From an uncultured Acidobacteriota bacterium (GTDB taxonomy: Bacteria; Acidobacteriota; Terriglobia; Terriglobales; Acidobacteriaceae), in contig CAVRDS010000074.1 in the NCBI GenBank assembly GCA_963719865.1, positions 5,100 through 69,099 of the forward strand: 64,000 nt of DNA, written 5' to 3'. Below are positions 34,994 through 44,730 of this stretch, one piece after another. The translations under genes and the position numbers were made by a program. Position 1 is the first letter of the stretch. Each line of letters begins with the position of its first letter. Below the pieces are notes generated by a model, which ran no database searches, was not told the origin of the DNA, and saw nothing but the letters and a program-made list of their open reading frames with translations.

Positions 34994-37483
34994 TTACTGC
35001 GGCCGCAGAACCTCGTCGACGACCATCTTGTTGCCTTTTTCGGCGGTGATCACCTTGTGGACGGGTGCGTAGCCGGTCAAGGTAATGTCGATGACGTAAG
35101 TACCGGGATCCAACATCACATCGACGGGAGAATTCTTCTCCAGCATGTGCTGGTTGACCGCGATCTCGGCTCCTTTAGGCTGGGTGTGAATGACGAGAGT
35201 CGCCTGCCCCGCCTGGCCGCCTTTGCCGAACAATTTCGACATCTTACCGACGGTGTGAATGCTGTCCGCATTGCCCAGCGAGCGCAGGCTGGGAGAGAAG
35301 TTGAAGGTCTGCCCGAGAACGAACTGGGCATTCATGGTCTCGTCCAGATATCCCGACATGCGAACCAGCACGACGTGCTGGCCTTTGCCGACAGTGATTT
35401 GTGCGGGAGTTTTCGCGCCGGCGTCATGGCCATCGATATAAACGCTGGCGCCGGACGGATCGCTCTTCACGACCAACGTTGCCGACAGCTGGGAAAGATG
35501 AATGATGGTGGATGCATGGGCTCCGGAGGCAACATCGATGGAGCGCGTATCGGAGGCAAAGCCCGATTTGCTAAGCATGATCGAATGTGATCCGGGCTGA
35601 ATATTGCTCAACACCACGGGCGTGACCCAGCTCGGGTCTGTCTTACCGTCGAGCTGAATCTGAGCACCCTGAGGAGCCGAATCGATGGTCAACTGACCGG
35701 GAATGATGGCCGCTGCGACTGCCTTTTTCTTGTTCGCGGCGCGTGCTCTCGCATGAGCAGAAGGTTGCGCTGTTGAGGCCGCGGGCTCGGTGATCTCGGT
35801 CGGCTGATCCTGGGCTTGGGCGGTTGTGTCGGCCGGAACTGGAGCGGCGGCATCAGGCTGAGAAGCGGGCTGCTGCTGTATCGGTTGCGCGGGAGCGGAG
35901 GTTGTAGCGGCTGCTGGACGCCTTTCGCCGGGATCTGCATCGCTATTCAAGCTGTGTATGTAGAGCAGCACGCCGAGGCCGATGAGCAAAATGACTGCGA
36001 TCGCTCCGGCGATGGAGTAGAGCATCAGCTTGGGCGGAACGCCCTTGATCTCTTTGATGGCCTTGCCCGCAACTTCCCGCGGCTGAATTCTGGGCTTTTC
36101 GGCAACTTTCTGACGGCTGAACGAATTGGCTGCAACCGCGGCGACGGGCGCAGGCGGAATCTCAACCGGCGGTGGAGGCGGCGGAGCGACATAGACTTCT
36201 TTCAGCGGAGGCAGCTCGGAAATCTCTGAAAAACTGGTGCTCGCCGCTGCGGTCGAGGGAGCCGCGGCCATGAGAGGATCGACTGCAAAACTCGGCGCTG
36301 CATCAGTCTGGGGTTCGAAGGTTTCGACCCGCGTCTCATCGGCCACCGCGGAAGACATGGATGCCGCAGGTCCGACCGAGTCGGCGGAAGTGTGAGGCAA
36401 ATCAGGCGGCTCTGAATACGAGGATGTAGTGTTCGCGCCCACTCCCGCGGCCGCGGCTGACACTTTCGGAGGGCTCAATTTCTGAGCCGGCGCAGCAACC
36501 GGCGGGCGCGGCTCTGCGGCTGTCGCCGGAGCGGCCGGAGAACTTACGGGCGTGGCTGCGGATGGGGCAGATGCGCCCACAAATTTCGCTTGTACCGCAG
36601 CCGTTTTTTCTCTTGCCTTGTCGGAAATAACTGTGCCCTTCGGGGCTTCAGCTTTTTTCGCGGCAGGCTTTGACTCTTTGCACTTTTCCAGGTCGTTGAG
36701 CAACTCCCTGCCGTTCTGGTAACGCTGCGCCGGATCCTTCGCCAGGGCCTTCATGATCAGGTCGCTGAGCAGAGGATGCACTTTCGCATTCACGTGACTC
36801 GGGGCAACCGGCGTGCTTTCCAGAATGCTTTCTCGCAGCGATTCGGCATCTTCGCGATCGAATGCTTTGCGCTCGGTTACCATCTCGTAAAGCATCGCGC
36901 CGAGACTGAACAAATTCGAGCGGCCATCCATGGCTTCGCCGCGAAGCTGTTCGGGCGACATGTAATGCAGGATCGACGAAGGTTCTCCGGCAACGTGCTG
37001 CACAAAATTGCCTACGCTGGATACTCCGAAGCTCAAAATCTTGACCGTGCCGTCCCAGCCGCACATGATCTTGGACGGTTCCAGGCTGTAATGGACGATC
37101 TGTTGCGAGGCCGCGTGATCAAGGCCACCGGATAACTGGCGCCCGATATCGAGCAGATCCCAGATGGAGAATCCTTCTTTGCGCGCCAGCATGGTGGCAA
37201 TGCTGTTGCCCTGCACGTATTCCATGGCAGCGCAGAACTGGCCGTCGATTACATCGGCGCTGGAAATCGTGGTCAGGTTAGGACTGCTCAGTACCTTGAC
37301 CTTTTCAGACTCTTCGAGCATAGCCGCTTCCAGCGCTGCAGCGCTCTCACCGAAGGCGCTCAACTGAACCGCTTTCAGAGCGATGGTTTGCCCGCTCTCG
37401 GGGTCGTTGGCTTTATAGACGATCCCCGTGGGCGACTTCGACAACTCACTTAGGATTTCGAAACGGCCGATGTTCGTAGGCAT
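34994..37483 (-). CDS. Ser/Thr-kinase-like protein predicted to be catalytically inactive (pseudokinase), with TM segment and C-terminal PEGA domains
   Basis: Kinase fold is recognisable, but HRD is HYS (IVHYSLEPSKIM), DFG is SFG (ILSFGVS) and the Gly loop is degenerate (LSKSPTG). The C-terminus has repeated PEGA-like modules (PQGAQIQLDG, PSGASVYIDG, PKGAEIAVNQ). Confidence 0.85.
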   Translation of the reverse strand: MPTNIGRFEILSELSKSPTGIVYKANDPESGQTIALKAVQLSAFGESAAALEAAMLEESEKVKVLSSPNLTTISSADVIDGQFCAAMEYVQGNSIATMLARKEGFSIWDLLDIGRQLSGGLDHAASQQIVHYSLEPSKIMCGWDGTVKILSFGVSSVGNFVQHVAGEPSSILHYMSPEQLRGEAMDGRSNLFSLGAMLYEMVTERKAFDREDAESLRESILESTPVAPSHVNAKVHPLLSDLIMKALAKDPAQRYQNGRELLNDLEKCKESKPAAKKAEAPKGTVISDKAREKTAAVQAKFVGASAPSAATPVSSPAAPATAAEPRPPVAAPAQKLSPPKVSAAAAGVGANTTSSYSEPPDLPHTSADSVGPAASMSSAVADETRVETFEPQTDAAPSFAVDPLMAAAPSTAAASTSFSEISELPPLKEVYVAPPPPPPVEIPPAPVAAVAANSFSRQKVAEKPRIQPREVAGKAIKEIKGVPPKLMLYSIAGAIAVILLIGLGVLLYIHSLNSDADPGERRPAAATTSAPAQPIQQQPASQPDAAAPVPADTTAQAQDQPTEITEPAASTAQPSAHARARAANKKKAVAAAIIPGQLTIDSAPQGAQIQLDGKTDPSWVTPVVLSNIQPGSHSIMLSKSGFASDTRSIDVASGAHASTIIHLSQLSATLVVKSDPSGASVYIDGHDAGAKTPAQITVGKGQHVVLVRMSGYLDETMNAQFVLGQTFNFSPSLRSLGNADSIHTVGKMSKLFGKGGQAGQATLVIHTQPKGAEIAVNQHMLEKNSPVDVMLDPGTYVIDITLTGYAPVHKVITAEKGNKMVVDEVLRPQ

Positions 37484-37721
37484 TACGTTCCTGGCTTCCT
37501 CCGTTGCATATTCATCGCATCACCGCGACAAACTGGTCTAAGCGCGGAGACTTTCGGAGGCAAAGGTAGGGTTAGGATATCGCTCTCTTTTCGTTGCATC
37601 GAGTTACCAAAGTAAGACGGTTGGAGGGGAAATTCGGCGCTTGGCGCCACGGTGCCCGCTCTCGGCTTGCGGCTTTTCAAAGCAAGTTGTCCTTGGGGGC
37701 TCAAGAGTGTGCGTGAGAACT

Positions 37722-37808
37722 GGTGTCGTCCCTACGGGACTCGCGTCAATTTGCCACTTCACCCGGCACTCCCGTGCCGGGCTTTCACATACCGCCGCTA
37801 CGCGGCTC
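37722..37808 (+). repeat. three-hairpin repeat family 3
   Basis: GGTGTCGTCCCTACGGGACTCGCGT...CCCGGCACTCCCGTGCCGGG...TCACATACCGCCGCTACGCGGCTC. Confidence 0.8.
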
Positions 37809-38128
37809 CATTTGGGTAGGCCCGAGGGGTCGACCTTAAAACTGCGTTACACCGTAACTTCCACAAGGCGTTGGCGGTTGTCATGGTTATGTGTGGGTTC
37901 GCATGACAATTGTCATCCGGATGCGATGACGATCTCCACTGGTGAACTGAAGTCAAGGACGACAGGATAGGGAGTGAAGATTGCGGTCGGCGCGGGAGAC
38001 ACGCTTTTGAAACGGCGGCGAAATAACTGCGATGCGGTTGCTGCTCACCGGGTTCTTCGTCTATCCTGTGGGGGCTGGGACTCGCTTAACTCCTGCCCTG
38101 TTTTTCTGGAACTCCCTGGAGTACGCCG

Positions 38129-39274
38129 ATGACGTTGACCCGGTTTGTCACCAAGAACGCCTTCCGCAACAAACGCCGCAGCATTCTGACGGTATTGAGC
38201 ATCGCGCTGTCTCTGCTCCTGCTCTCTTTCATGATGACGCTGTGGCATTCGTTTGCTCTCGATGACGGCAGCGCGGAGTCTGCGCAAAGGCTGGTGGTAC
38301 GGCATCGCGTATCGCTGACATTCGCCTTGCCCAGCTTTTATCGCGATAAGATTCGCGCCATTCCCGGGGTGGTCGCGGTAGTGCCGGTGTCGTGGTTTCA
38401 GGGCGTTTACAAAGATCAAAAGCCGGAGAATTTCTTTCCGCGGTTCGGTACCGATCCCGACGAATTCTTCAAGGTGTACCGAGACATACAGATGCCGGCG
38501 GACCAACTTCAGGCATGGCAGCGGGACCGCCAGGGCGTGATCGTCGACGACACTTTAGCCAAGAAATATGGCTGGAAGCTGGGAGACCGGATTTATATCC
38601 AAGGCGACATCTATCCGGTGAATCTCGAGTTGTACGTTCGCGGCATCTTCCACTCGACGCCCGACAACAAGTCGGTTTACTTCAACAGCAAGTATGTCGA
38701 GGAGGCCGTGCCGTTCTTCAAGGGCCACGCCGGAACCTTCAGCGTTCTGGCCGACTCGCCGTCGGATGTCAGCAAGATCGCTGGCGCGATCGACGACATG
38801 TTCCGCAACTCGCCTCAGCCCACGAAGGCGGAGAGCGAAAAGGCGTTCGGGCTGGAATTCGTCGCCATGATGGGCAATGTGAAAGCGTTCATTTTGAGCA
38901 TCTGCCTGGCGGTCGTTTTCGCCACGCTGCTCGTGTCCGCCAATACCATGGCGATGTCGATTCGCGAGCGCACGCGGGAAGTGGCTGTGCTCAAGACGGT
39001 TGGCTTTACCCGGCAAGGCGTGCTGGCGTTGTTCGTGAGTGAAGCGGTGGCCTTGTCGCTGGCGGGAGGCGTCATTGGCGCGAGCCTGGCGAGTTTGATG
39101 GTCTACGGATTTTCCCACGCGCCGGAGATGACCTTCTTCCCCTTGCGAATGACGCCGCAGATCTGGATCACCGCGCTACTTATTTCCGGCTTCGTGGGAT
39201 TCGTGAGCGCAGCATTGCCCTCGTATCATGCATCGCGGGTCAACATAGTGGACGGGCTCCGCCATATCGGCTGA
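38129..39274 (+). CDS. ABC transporter permease, FtsX/MacB-type (permease 1)
   Basis: MTLTRFVTKNAFRNKRRSILTVLSI...; large periplasmic loop; C-terminal FtsX 3-TM block. Confidence 0.85.
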   Translation: MTLTRFVTKNAFRNKRRSILTVLSIALSLLLLSFMMTLWHSFALDDGSAESAQRLVVRHRVSLTFALPSFYRDKIRAIPGVVAVVPVSWFQGVYKDQKPENFFPRFGTDPDEFFKVYRDIQMPADQLQAWQRDRQGVIVDDTLAKKYGWKLGDRIYIQGDIYPVNLELYVRGIFHSTPDNKSVYFNSKYVEEAVPFFKGHAGTFSVLADSPSDVSKIAGAIDDMFRNSPQPTKAESEKAFGLEFVAMMGNVKAFILSICLAVVFATLLVSANTMAMSIRERTREVAVLKTVGFTRQGVLALFVSEAVALSLAGGVIGASLASLMVYGFSHAPEMTFFPLRMTPQIWITALLISGFVGFVSAALPSYHASRVNIVDGLRHIG

Positions 39275-39278
39275 CTTT

Positions 39279-40430
39279 ATGACGTTAGGCAGCTTTGTCG
39301 TGCGCAATACGTTTCGCAACAAGCGGCGCAGCGTGCTGACCATGATCAGCATCAGCTTCTCGCTGCTGCTGCTGACCATGATGATCTGCATCTGGCGTTC
39401 CTTCTATGTGGATCAGGTTGCGCCGGAGGCATCGCGGCGACTGGTTATCCGCGATCGGGTTTCGCTGGCATTCTTCCTGCCCGCATTCTACCGGGACAAG
39501 ATTCGGAGCGTGCCCGGAGTAACCGCGGTTGCGCCCATCACCTGGTTTGGCGGACGTTACATCGACGATCGGCCCGAGCATTTTTTCGCCCAGCTCGCGA
39601 CCGATCCGGATGAATACCTGAAGGTGGCCTCGGACAAGATCATCCCGCCGGAGCAATTGAAAGCCTGGCAACAGGATCGCTCAGGCGCCATCGTCGATGT
39701 GACGCTCGCCGACAAGTACCACTGGAAGATCGGCGACCGGATCACGCTGCAGGGCACGATTTTTGAGTTGAATCCGGAATTGACGATTCGCGGCATCTAC
39801 CATCGCGATCCGCCGCAGAACGCGCTTTACTTCAGCACCAAGTATCTGGAAGAAGCGGTGCCCTGGTTCAAGGGACAGGCGGGCTGGTACTCGGCGCAAA
39901 TTGATTCGCCCGAACACGTGGCGGAAGCGGCGAAAACCATCGATGACATGTTTCGCAACTCTCCGCTGCAAACCAAGACCGAGAGTGAGAAGGCCTTTCA
40001 ATTGGGATTCGTATCTTCGTTGGGGAATGTGAAGGCGTTCATCCTGGGAGTCTGCGGCGCGGTGATGTTTGCCATCATGCTGGTCTCGGCCAATACCATG
40101 GCAATGTCGGTGCGCAGCCGCACGCGCGAAGTGGCTGTGTTGAAGACTCTGGGCTTTACCCGGCAGCGTGTGCTTTCGATTTTTGTCAGCGAGTCGGTGG
40201 CGTTGTCGCTCGCTGGTGGAGTGCTCGGTGTGCTCGTGGCCATTCCGGTCATTATGTTCATGACGCACAGCTTTATCGGGCTGGGCATTCCGCTCGACAT
40301 GAAAGTGAAGGCTCCGACTGCGATTGTGGCGTTGCTGGTGGCCGTCGTTCTCGGCATCATCAGCGGCTACTTGCCGGCTTACCGAGCCTCGCGCATGAAT
40401 ATTGTGGAGGGCTTGCGCCACATCGGCTGA
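39279..40430 (+). CDS. ABC transporter permease, FtsX/MacB-type (permease 2, paralogue of permease 1)
   Basis: MTLGSFVVRNTFRNKRRSVLTMISI...; collinear with permease 1. Confidence 0.85.
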   Translation: MTLGSFVVRNTFRNKRRSVLTMISISFSLLLLTMMICIWRSFYVDQVAPEASRRLVIRDRVSLAFFLPAFYRDKIRSVPGVTAVAPITWFGGRYIDDRPEHFFAQLATDPDEYLKVASDKIIPPEQLKAWQQDRSGAIVDVTLADKYHWKIGDRITLQGTIFELNPELTIRGIYHRDPPQNALYFSTKYLEEAVPWFKGQAGWYSAQIDSPEHVAEAAKTIDDMFRNSPLQTKTESEKAFQLGFVSSLGNVKAFILGVCGAVMFAIMLVSANTMAMSVRSRTREVAVLKTLGFTRQRVLSIFVSESVALSLAGGVLGVLVAIPVIMFMTHSFIGLGIPLDMKVKAPTAIVALLVAVVLGIISGYLPAYRASRMNIVEGLRHIG

Positions 40431-40443
40431 AAGAGAATTCATT

Positions 40444-41631
40444 ATGGCGATACCGATCCGCTACAACATACGAAACCTGAAGCTACGCAAAGGCCTCACG
40501 GTCATGACCGCGCTGGGCATCGCGCTGACGGTGACCACGGCGATTTTCCTGATGGCGCTGGTAGCCGGACTCGACCGCGCGTTCGTGAGCAGCGGCAGCC
40601 CGCTCGATGTGCTGGTGCTGCGCAAGGGGTCGGAAGCCGAACTCTCCGGTGGATTTGATGCTTCGCTGTTCCCCACGTTGACGACGTTGCCCGGAATTGC
40701 GAAGGACAGCCACGGCGAGCCCATGGCGTCCGGCGAGTGGGTGGTGGTGATTGTTTTGCCCCGCAAAGACGGCACTGGAGAAGTGAATGTGACGGTGCGA
40801 GGCATGATGCCGGACGGTTTGGAAATGCGGCAGTTGCCGGGCTTGGACAAGCAGCCGAGCGTGAAACTGGCCGCCGGGCGATGGTTTCAGACCGGGCAGC
40901 GCGAAGTGGTGGTCAGCAAGTCGATTCGCGACCGCTTCTCGCATGCCAACATCGGCGACACGATGCAATTCGGCAAGGGATCGTGGAAGGTGGTCGGCGT
41001 ATTCGACGCCGGCGGCTCGGCCTACGAGTCGGAAGTTTGGGGCGATGTAAACCAGATGGCGTCCGATTTCGACCGGCAGGGAGGGTATTCGTCGGCATAC
41101 CTGCGGGCCACCGATCCGATTGCGGCCGAGGCCCTTACGCGCCGGGTCAGCGATGATCAGCGGCTGAAACTCGATGGCATGCTGGAAACCGATTACTACG
41201 CCAAGCAAACCAAATCTGGGACGCCGATCAAAGTGATCGGCTGGGTCGTCGGAATAATCATGGCAGTGGGCTCGATCTTTGCCGCTATGAACACGATGTA
41301 TGCGGCGGTTGCGTATCGCGGACGGGAGATCGCGACGTTGCGGGTGATCGGATTTTCGCGGCCCGCCATCCTGACGTCCTTTGTGCTTGAATCGCTGCTG
41401 CTGGCATTACTGGGAGCGGTGGTGGGGATTCTGCTGATGCTGCCGTTCAACGGAATGCAGACCGGCACGTCAAACCAGGTGACCTTCAGCGAAGTTGTGT
41501 TTGCCCTTCGCATCACCTGGGCGGTGGCGGGATACGCTGTTTTATTCGCGCTGGTGATGGGATTTGTGGGCGGCCTGGCTCCCGCCTGGCATGCGGCCAG
41601 ACAAAACATTCTGAACGCGTTGAGAGGTTAG
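40444..41631 (+). CDS. ABC transporter permease, FtsX/MacB-type (permease 3, more divergent)
   Basis: MAIPIRYNIRNLKLRKGLTVMTALGI...; ATG at 40444. Confidence 0.8.
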   Translation: MAIPIRYNIRNLKLRKGLTVMTALGIALTVTTAIFLMALVAGLDRAFVSSGSPLDVLVLRKGSEAELSGGFDASLFPTLTTLPGIAKDSHGEPMASGEWVVVIVLPRKDGTGEVNVTVRGMMPDGLEMRQLPGLDKQPSVKLAAGRWFQTGQREVVVSKSIRDRFSHANIGDTMQFGKGSWKVVGVFDAGGSAYESEVWGDVNQMASDFDRQGGYSSAYLRATDPIAAEALTRRVSDDQRLKLDGMLETDYYAKQTKSGTPIKVIGWVVGIIMAVGSIFAAMNTMYAAVAYRGREIATLRVIGFSRPAILTSFVLESLLLALLGAVVGILLMLPFNGMQTGTSNQVTFSEVVFALRITWAVAGYAVLFALVMGFVGGLAPAWHAARQNILNALRG

Positions 41632-41664
41632 CGAGGAACCCGGCAGGGGTCGAAGGCGTAATCA

Positions 41665-41696
41665 TTTCTATGGCGATTGATTTCTATGGCGATTGA
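41665..41696 (+). repeat. perfect 16-bp tandem duplication spanning the adaptor-gene start
   Basis: TTTCTATGGCGATTGA x2. Confidence 0.9.
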
Positions 41697-43074
41697 TACA
41701 AAACACGAAGATCTGCAGAGCCTGCGCATCGACCGGTCGCAGCGCGGCGACAATGGCGGAGAACCACCGCCCTGGGCGCAGCGCTACATCATCGCGGGTA
41801 TCGCGGTCGTAGTGGTCCTCGGCGTCTGCGCCTTGGCCTACCGGATGTTCGCATCGGACACGCCGGAAGTTGAGGTGGTTCGCGCGTCGGCGCAGACGAG
41901 CCCCAATGACGTGGGCGGAACGGTGCTCTCCGCCACGGGATACATCGTGGCTCACCACACGATCAATGTGAATTCCAAGGTTACCGGGCGGCTGGCGTGG
42001 ATCGGCGTCGAAAAAGGCGACAAGGTCAAAGAAGGCCAGGTGCTGGTGCGGCTCGAAGACGAGGAATTCCGCGCTGCTTACGAGCAGGCTAAAGGCGCGG
42101 TGGAGAATGCGCGCGCGTATCTGGAGGAACTGCAGCACGGATCGCGCCCGGAAGAAATTCAGCAGGCGCAGCACAATCTGGATGAAGCGCGGGCCACGCT
42201 GGTCAACGACAAGCTCACGCTCGATCGCACGAAGGAACTGGCGGGCAGCGGAGTGGTCTCGCGGCAGCAGCTTGACGATGCTACGGCGAAGTTCGACTCC
42301 GACCAGCAGAGAGTGAATTCGCTGCAGAAGGCGTTTGAATTGGAGAAGATCGGGCCTCGCGCCGAGGAGATTGAGCGGGCCCAGGGCGCGCTCATTCAGG
42401 CACAGGGCCAGCTCGATTACGCCAAATCGCAACTGGACGCGACGGTCATCCGCGCTCCCGTTACCGGGACGATTCTCGATCGCACTGCCGAAAAAGGTGA
42501 GTTGATCACCGCGCAGTTTGCCAGCGCGGCTGCGGGCGGTCCGCAGGGCTCGGTGGTTTCCCTGGCGGATCTCAACGACCTGCAGGTCGAACTTGATATC
42601 GCGCAGGCGGATTTTGCGCGGCTTGGGCCGAATCAGAAAGGGATCGTCACGACCGACGCCTACCCCGACAAGCAGTACGACGGCCAGATCGCGCAAATTT
42701 CACCGGAGGCTAACCGCCAGAAAGCTACGGTGCAGGTGAAGGTGCAGGTGCTGAATCCGAACAAATATTCGACCATTCAATTGAGGCCGGAAATGAACGC
42801 CACCGTCCGTTTTCTGGCCAACGAGACGCCGAAGAATACGAAAGATGCGGCTGCGGGAGTGTTCGTGCCCTCCACCGCGATCCGAGACCGTGACGGCAAG
42901 AAGATCGTGCTGATTGCGTACAACGGCAAAGCGGTCGCGCGGGAAGTGCATATCACGAGCCAGCGTGCCGACGGCGCACTGGTGGATGGACTGGTTGGTG
43001 GCGAGAATGTGATCTCTAATGCGCCAGCTACTTTGAAGGATGGGGACAAGATCAAAATTAAGGGGCAATCATGA
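41686..43074 (+). CDS. HlyD/MacA-type periplasmic adaptor (membrane fusion protein)
   Basis: N-terminal TM, coiled-coil hairpin, beta-barrel domains ([38 protein letters not shown]). Confidence 0.85.
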   Translation: MAIDTKHEDLQSLRIDRSQRGDNGGEPPPWAQRYIIAGIAVVVVLGVCALAYRMFASDTPEVEVVRASAQTSPNDVGGTVLSATGYIVAHHTINVNSKVTGRLAWIGVEKGDKVKEGQVLVRLEDEEFRAAYEQAKGAVENARAYLEELQHGSRPEEIQQAQHNLDEARATLVNDKLTLDRTKELAGSGVVSRQQLDDATAKFDSDQQRVNSLQKAFELEKIGPRAEEIERAQGALIQAQGQLDYAKSQLDATVIRAPVTGTILDRTAEKGELITAQFASAAAGGPQGSVVSLADLNDLQVELDIAQADFARLGPNQKGIVTTDAYPDKQYDGQIAQISPEANRQKATVQVKVQVLNPNKYSTIQLRPEMNATVRFLANETPKNTKDAAAGVFVPSTAIRDRDGKKIVLIAYNGKAVAREVHITSQRADGALVDGLVGGENVISNAPATLKDGDKIKIKGQS

Positions 43075-43784
43075 GTACAGTTGCAGAAACCAACGTGGCC
43101 GCGGGCAGCCTGGTGGTGCAGGTGCGCGGCGTGAGCAAAGTTTTCAAACGCGATGCCTTTCAGGTGACGGCGCTGGATGACGTTTCCATTGACATCGCTA
43201 AAGGCGAATTCCTGGCTTTGATGGGGCCGTCGGGCTCGGGCAAAACGACGCTGCTGAATATGATTGCCGCCATCGACCGTCCGACGGCGGGTGAACTGCT
43301 GGTGCAAGGGCAGGATATTTTTCGCTTCAGCGATGCTCAGATTGCGCGCTGGCGAAACGAACACATTGGCTACGTGTTTCAAACGTTCAATCTGATTCCG
43401 GTGCTTTCCGCCTTCGAGAATGTTGAGTTGCCGCTCTTGCTGACCAAGCTGTCGGCGCAGCAACGGCGCGACCACGTGATGACTGCGTTGAAGCTGGTGG
43501 GGTTGGAGGACCGGGTCCACCATCTTCCCAAGCAGCTTTCCGGCGGGCAGGAGCAGCGGGTCGCCATCGCGCGCGCTATCGTCAGCGATCCAACTCTATT
43601 GCTCGCCGACGAACCGACTGGCGACCTCGACAGCCATTCGGCGACGGAAGTGCTGGAAATCCTGAAGCGGCTGAACGAAGACTTCCACAAAACAATTGTG
43701 ATGGTGACGCACGATCCGCACGCCGCTTCCTATGCGCATGTGACCCGGCATTTGGAAAAGGGGATGCTGTTACCACCGGTCTAG
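43071..43784 (+). CDS. ABC transporter ATP-binding protein (MacB/LolD-type)
   Basis: [35 protein letters not shown]. The start overlaps the adaptor stop. Confidence 0.9.
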   Translation: MSTVAETNVAAGSLVVQVRGVSKVFKRDAFQVTALDDVSIDIAKGEFLALMGPSGSGKTTLLNMIAAIDRPTAGELLVQGQDIFRFSDAQIARWRNEHIGYVFQTFNLIPVLSAFENVELPLLLTKLSAQQRRDHVMTALKLVGLEDRVHHLPKQLSGGQEQRVAIARAIVSDPTLLLADEPTGDLDSHSATEVLEILKRLNEDFHKTIVMVTHDPHAASYAHVTRHLEKGMLLPPV

Positions 43785-43816
43785 CCGGAGGGATGAAAGG
43801 AAGGCGCGGGAGAGCG

Positions 43817-44344
43817 TCAGGCTGTGATGCGGTCGAAGCGGACCACTGAGGCGTTCGCCCCGGACTGCTCCGGCGCATCCGCCACCCAGCGCCAGGCGCG
43901 GCGCCCGTTTAAAAGCACGGCTTCGGCCTCGCCGTATTCCACCAGACGATTCAAGACGGTGGTGACCGAGGCCATGGGATCTTTGTGGCGAGCCAGCAGG
44001 GCAGGCATTTTCTGCTGGAAATAGTCGCAAATATCGCGGGAATTCAGAGCCCGTCCCGCCTCCATCAGAATCATCCGGCAAGCTTTGGTGAAGCCGGGCT
44101 GGCGCCCGCTGCTCTTGCGGTCGACCAGTTCCATGAGTTCCTCGTTCAAAACCCCTTCGCCGAACAGATTGGCGAGGCCAGAGATGGTCTGTTTGACGGT
44201 GCCAATGCGCTTCATGACTTCGGCGCGCTGCTGCAGCAACTGGCGCAATTCTTCATGCGCCTGCTGGATCACTTCCTGTACATGGCTTATGTCATATCGC
44301 GCGATCGGTGTGAGAGAGCCACTCGAATTCTGCCCGCTTTCCAT
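43817..44344 (-). CDS. hypothetical protein (coiled-coil N-terminus, possible winged-helix C-terminus)
   Basis: ORF 43817..44368. ATG at 44344 (MESGQNSS...) is preferred because the upstream 24 nt fall within tandem direct repeats. Confidence 0.45.
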   Translation of the reverse strand: MESGQNSSGSLTPIARYDISHVQEVIQQAHEELRQLLQQRAEVMKRIGTVKQTISGLANLFGEGVLNEELMELVDRKSSGRQPGFTKACRMILMEAGRALNSRDICDYFQQKMPALLARHKDPMASVTTVLNRLVEYGEAEAVLLNGRRAWRWVADAPEQSGANASVVRFDRITA

Positions 44345-44357
44345 ACAATCCCCCAGA

Positions 44358-44392
44358 TTAGTGAACACATTTTAGTGAACACATTAGTGAAG
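44358..44392. promoter_or_regulatory. tandem 14-bp direct repeats plus a third partial copy in a divergent promoter region
   Basis: TTAGTGAACACATT TTAGTGAACACATT (TT)AGTGAAGCG. Confidence 0.55.
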
Positions 44393-44730
44393 CGTTGGGC
44401 ATGGTTCAGCGCAGTATTGATCTGCCAGCGGAACCGCACATCGGCAACTGCCCGTTTCCGGACTGAAGCCCCATCCCACTTTATGTCAGTACGCCGAATC
44501 TCTTCGCGGAGTTCCGTCGATAGCTGGTGACGGGCCCCCGACGTTCTTGTGGGTTTAGACGACGCGGTAAGGAATTGGTTAACAGAAAAAATGGCGGGAG
44601 CGGGACGGTAATTATCTTCTAATGTCCACGTCTTGGGCGAATCGACAAGCCTGATCGGCATAAGCCTGCAAGTTCGGCACTAAACTCCGGCTCGCAAGAT
44701 TCCGATGGTAACAAGTTACGGAGAAATTCA

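Noticed and set aside
37641-37970. Track ORFs spanning intergenic repeats (37641-37970, 47370-48098, 55228-55713, 10751-11275, 50858-51322, 21582-21864, 26522-26881)
   Set aside because: They are read through repeat families 1-3 or the 55250-55371 element. They lack ribosome-binding sites and homology, so they are repeat-derived artefacts.
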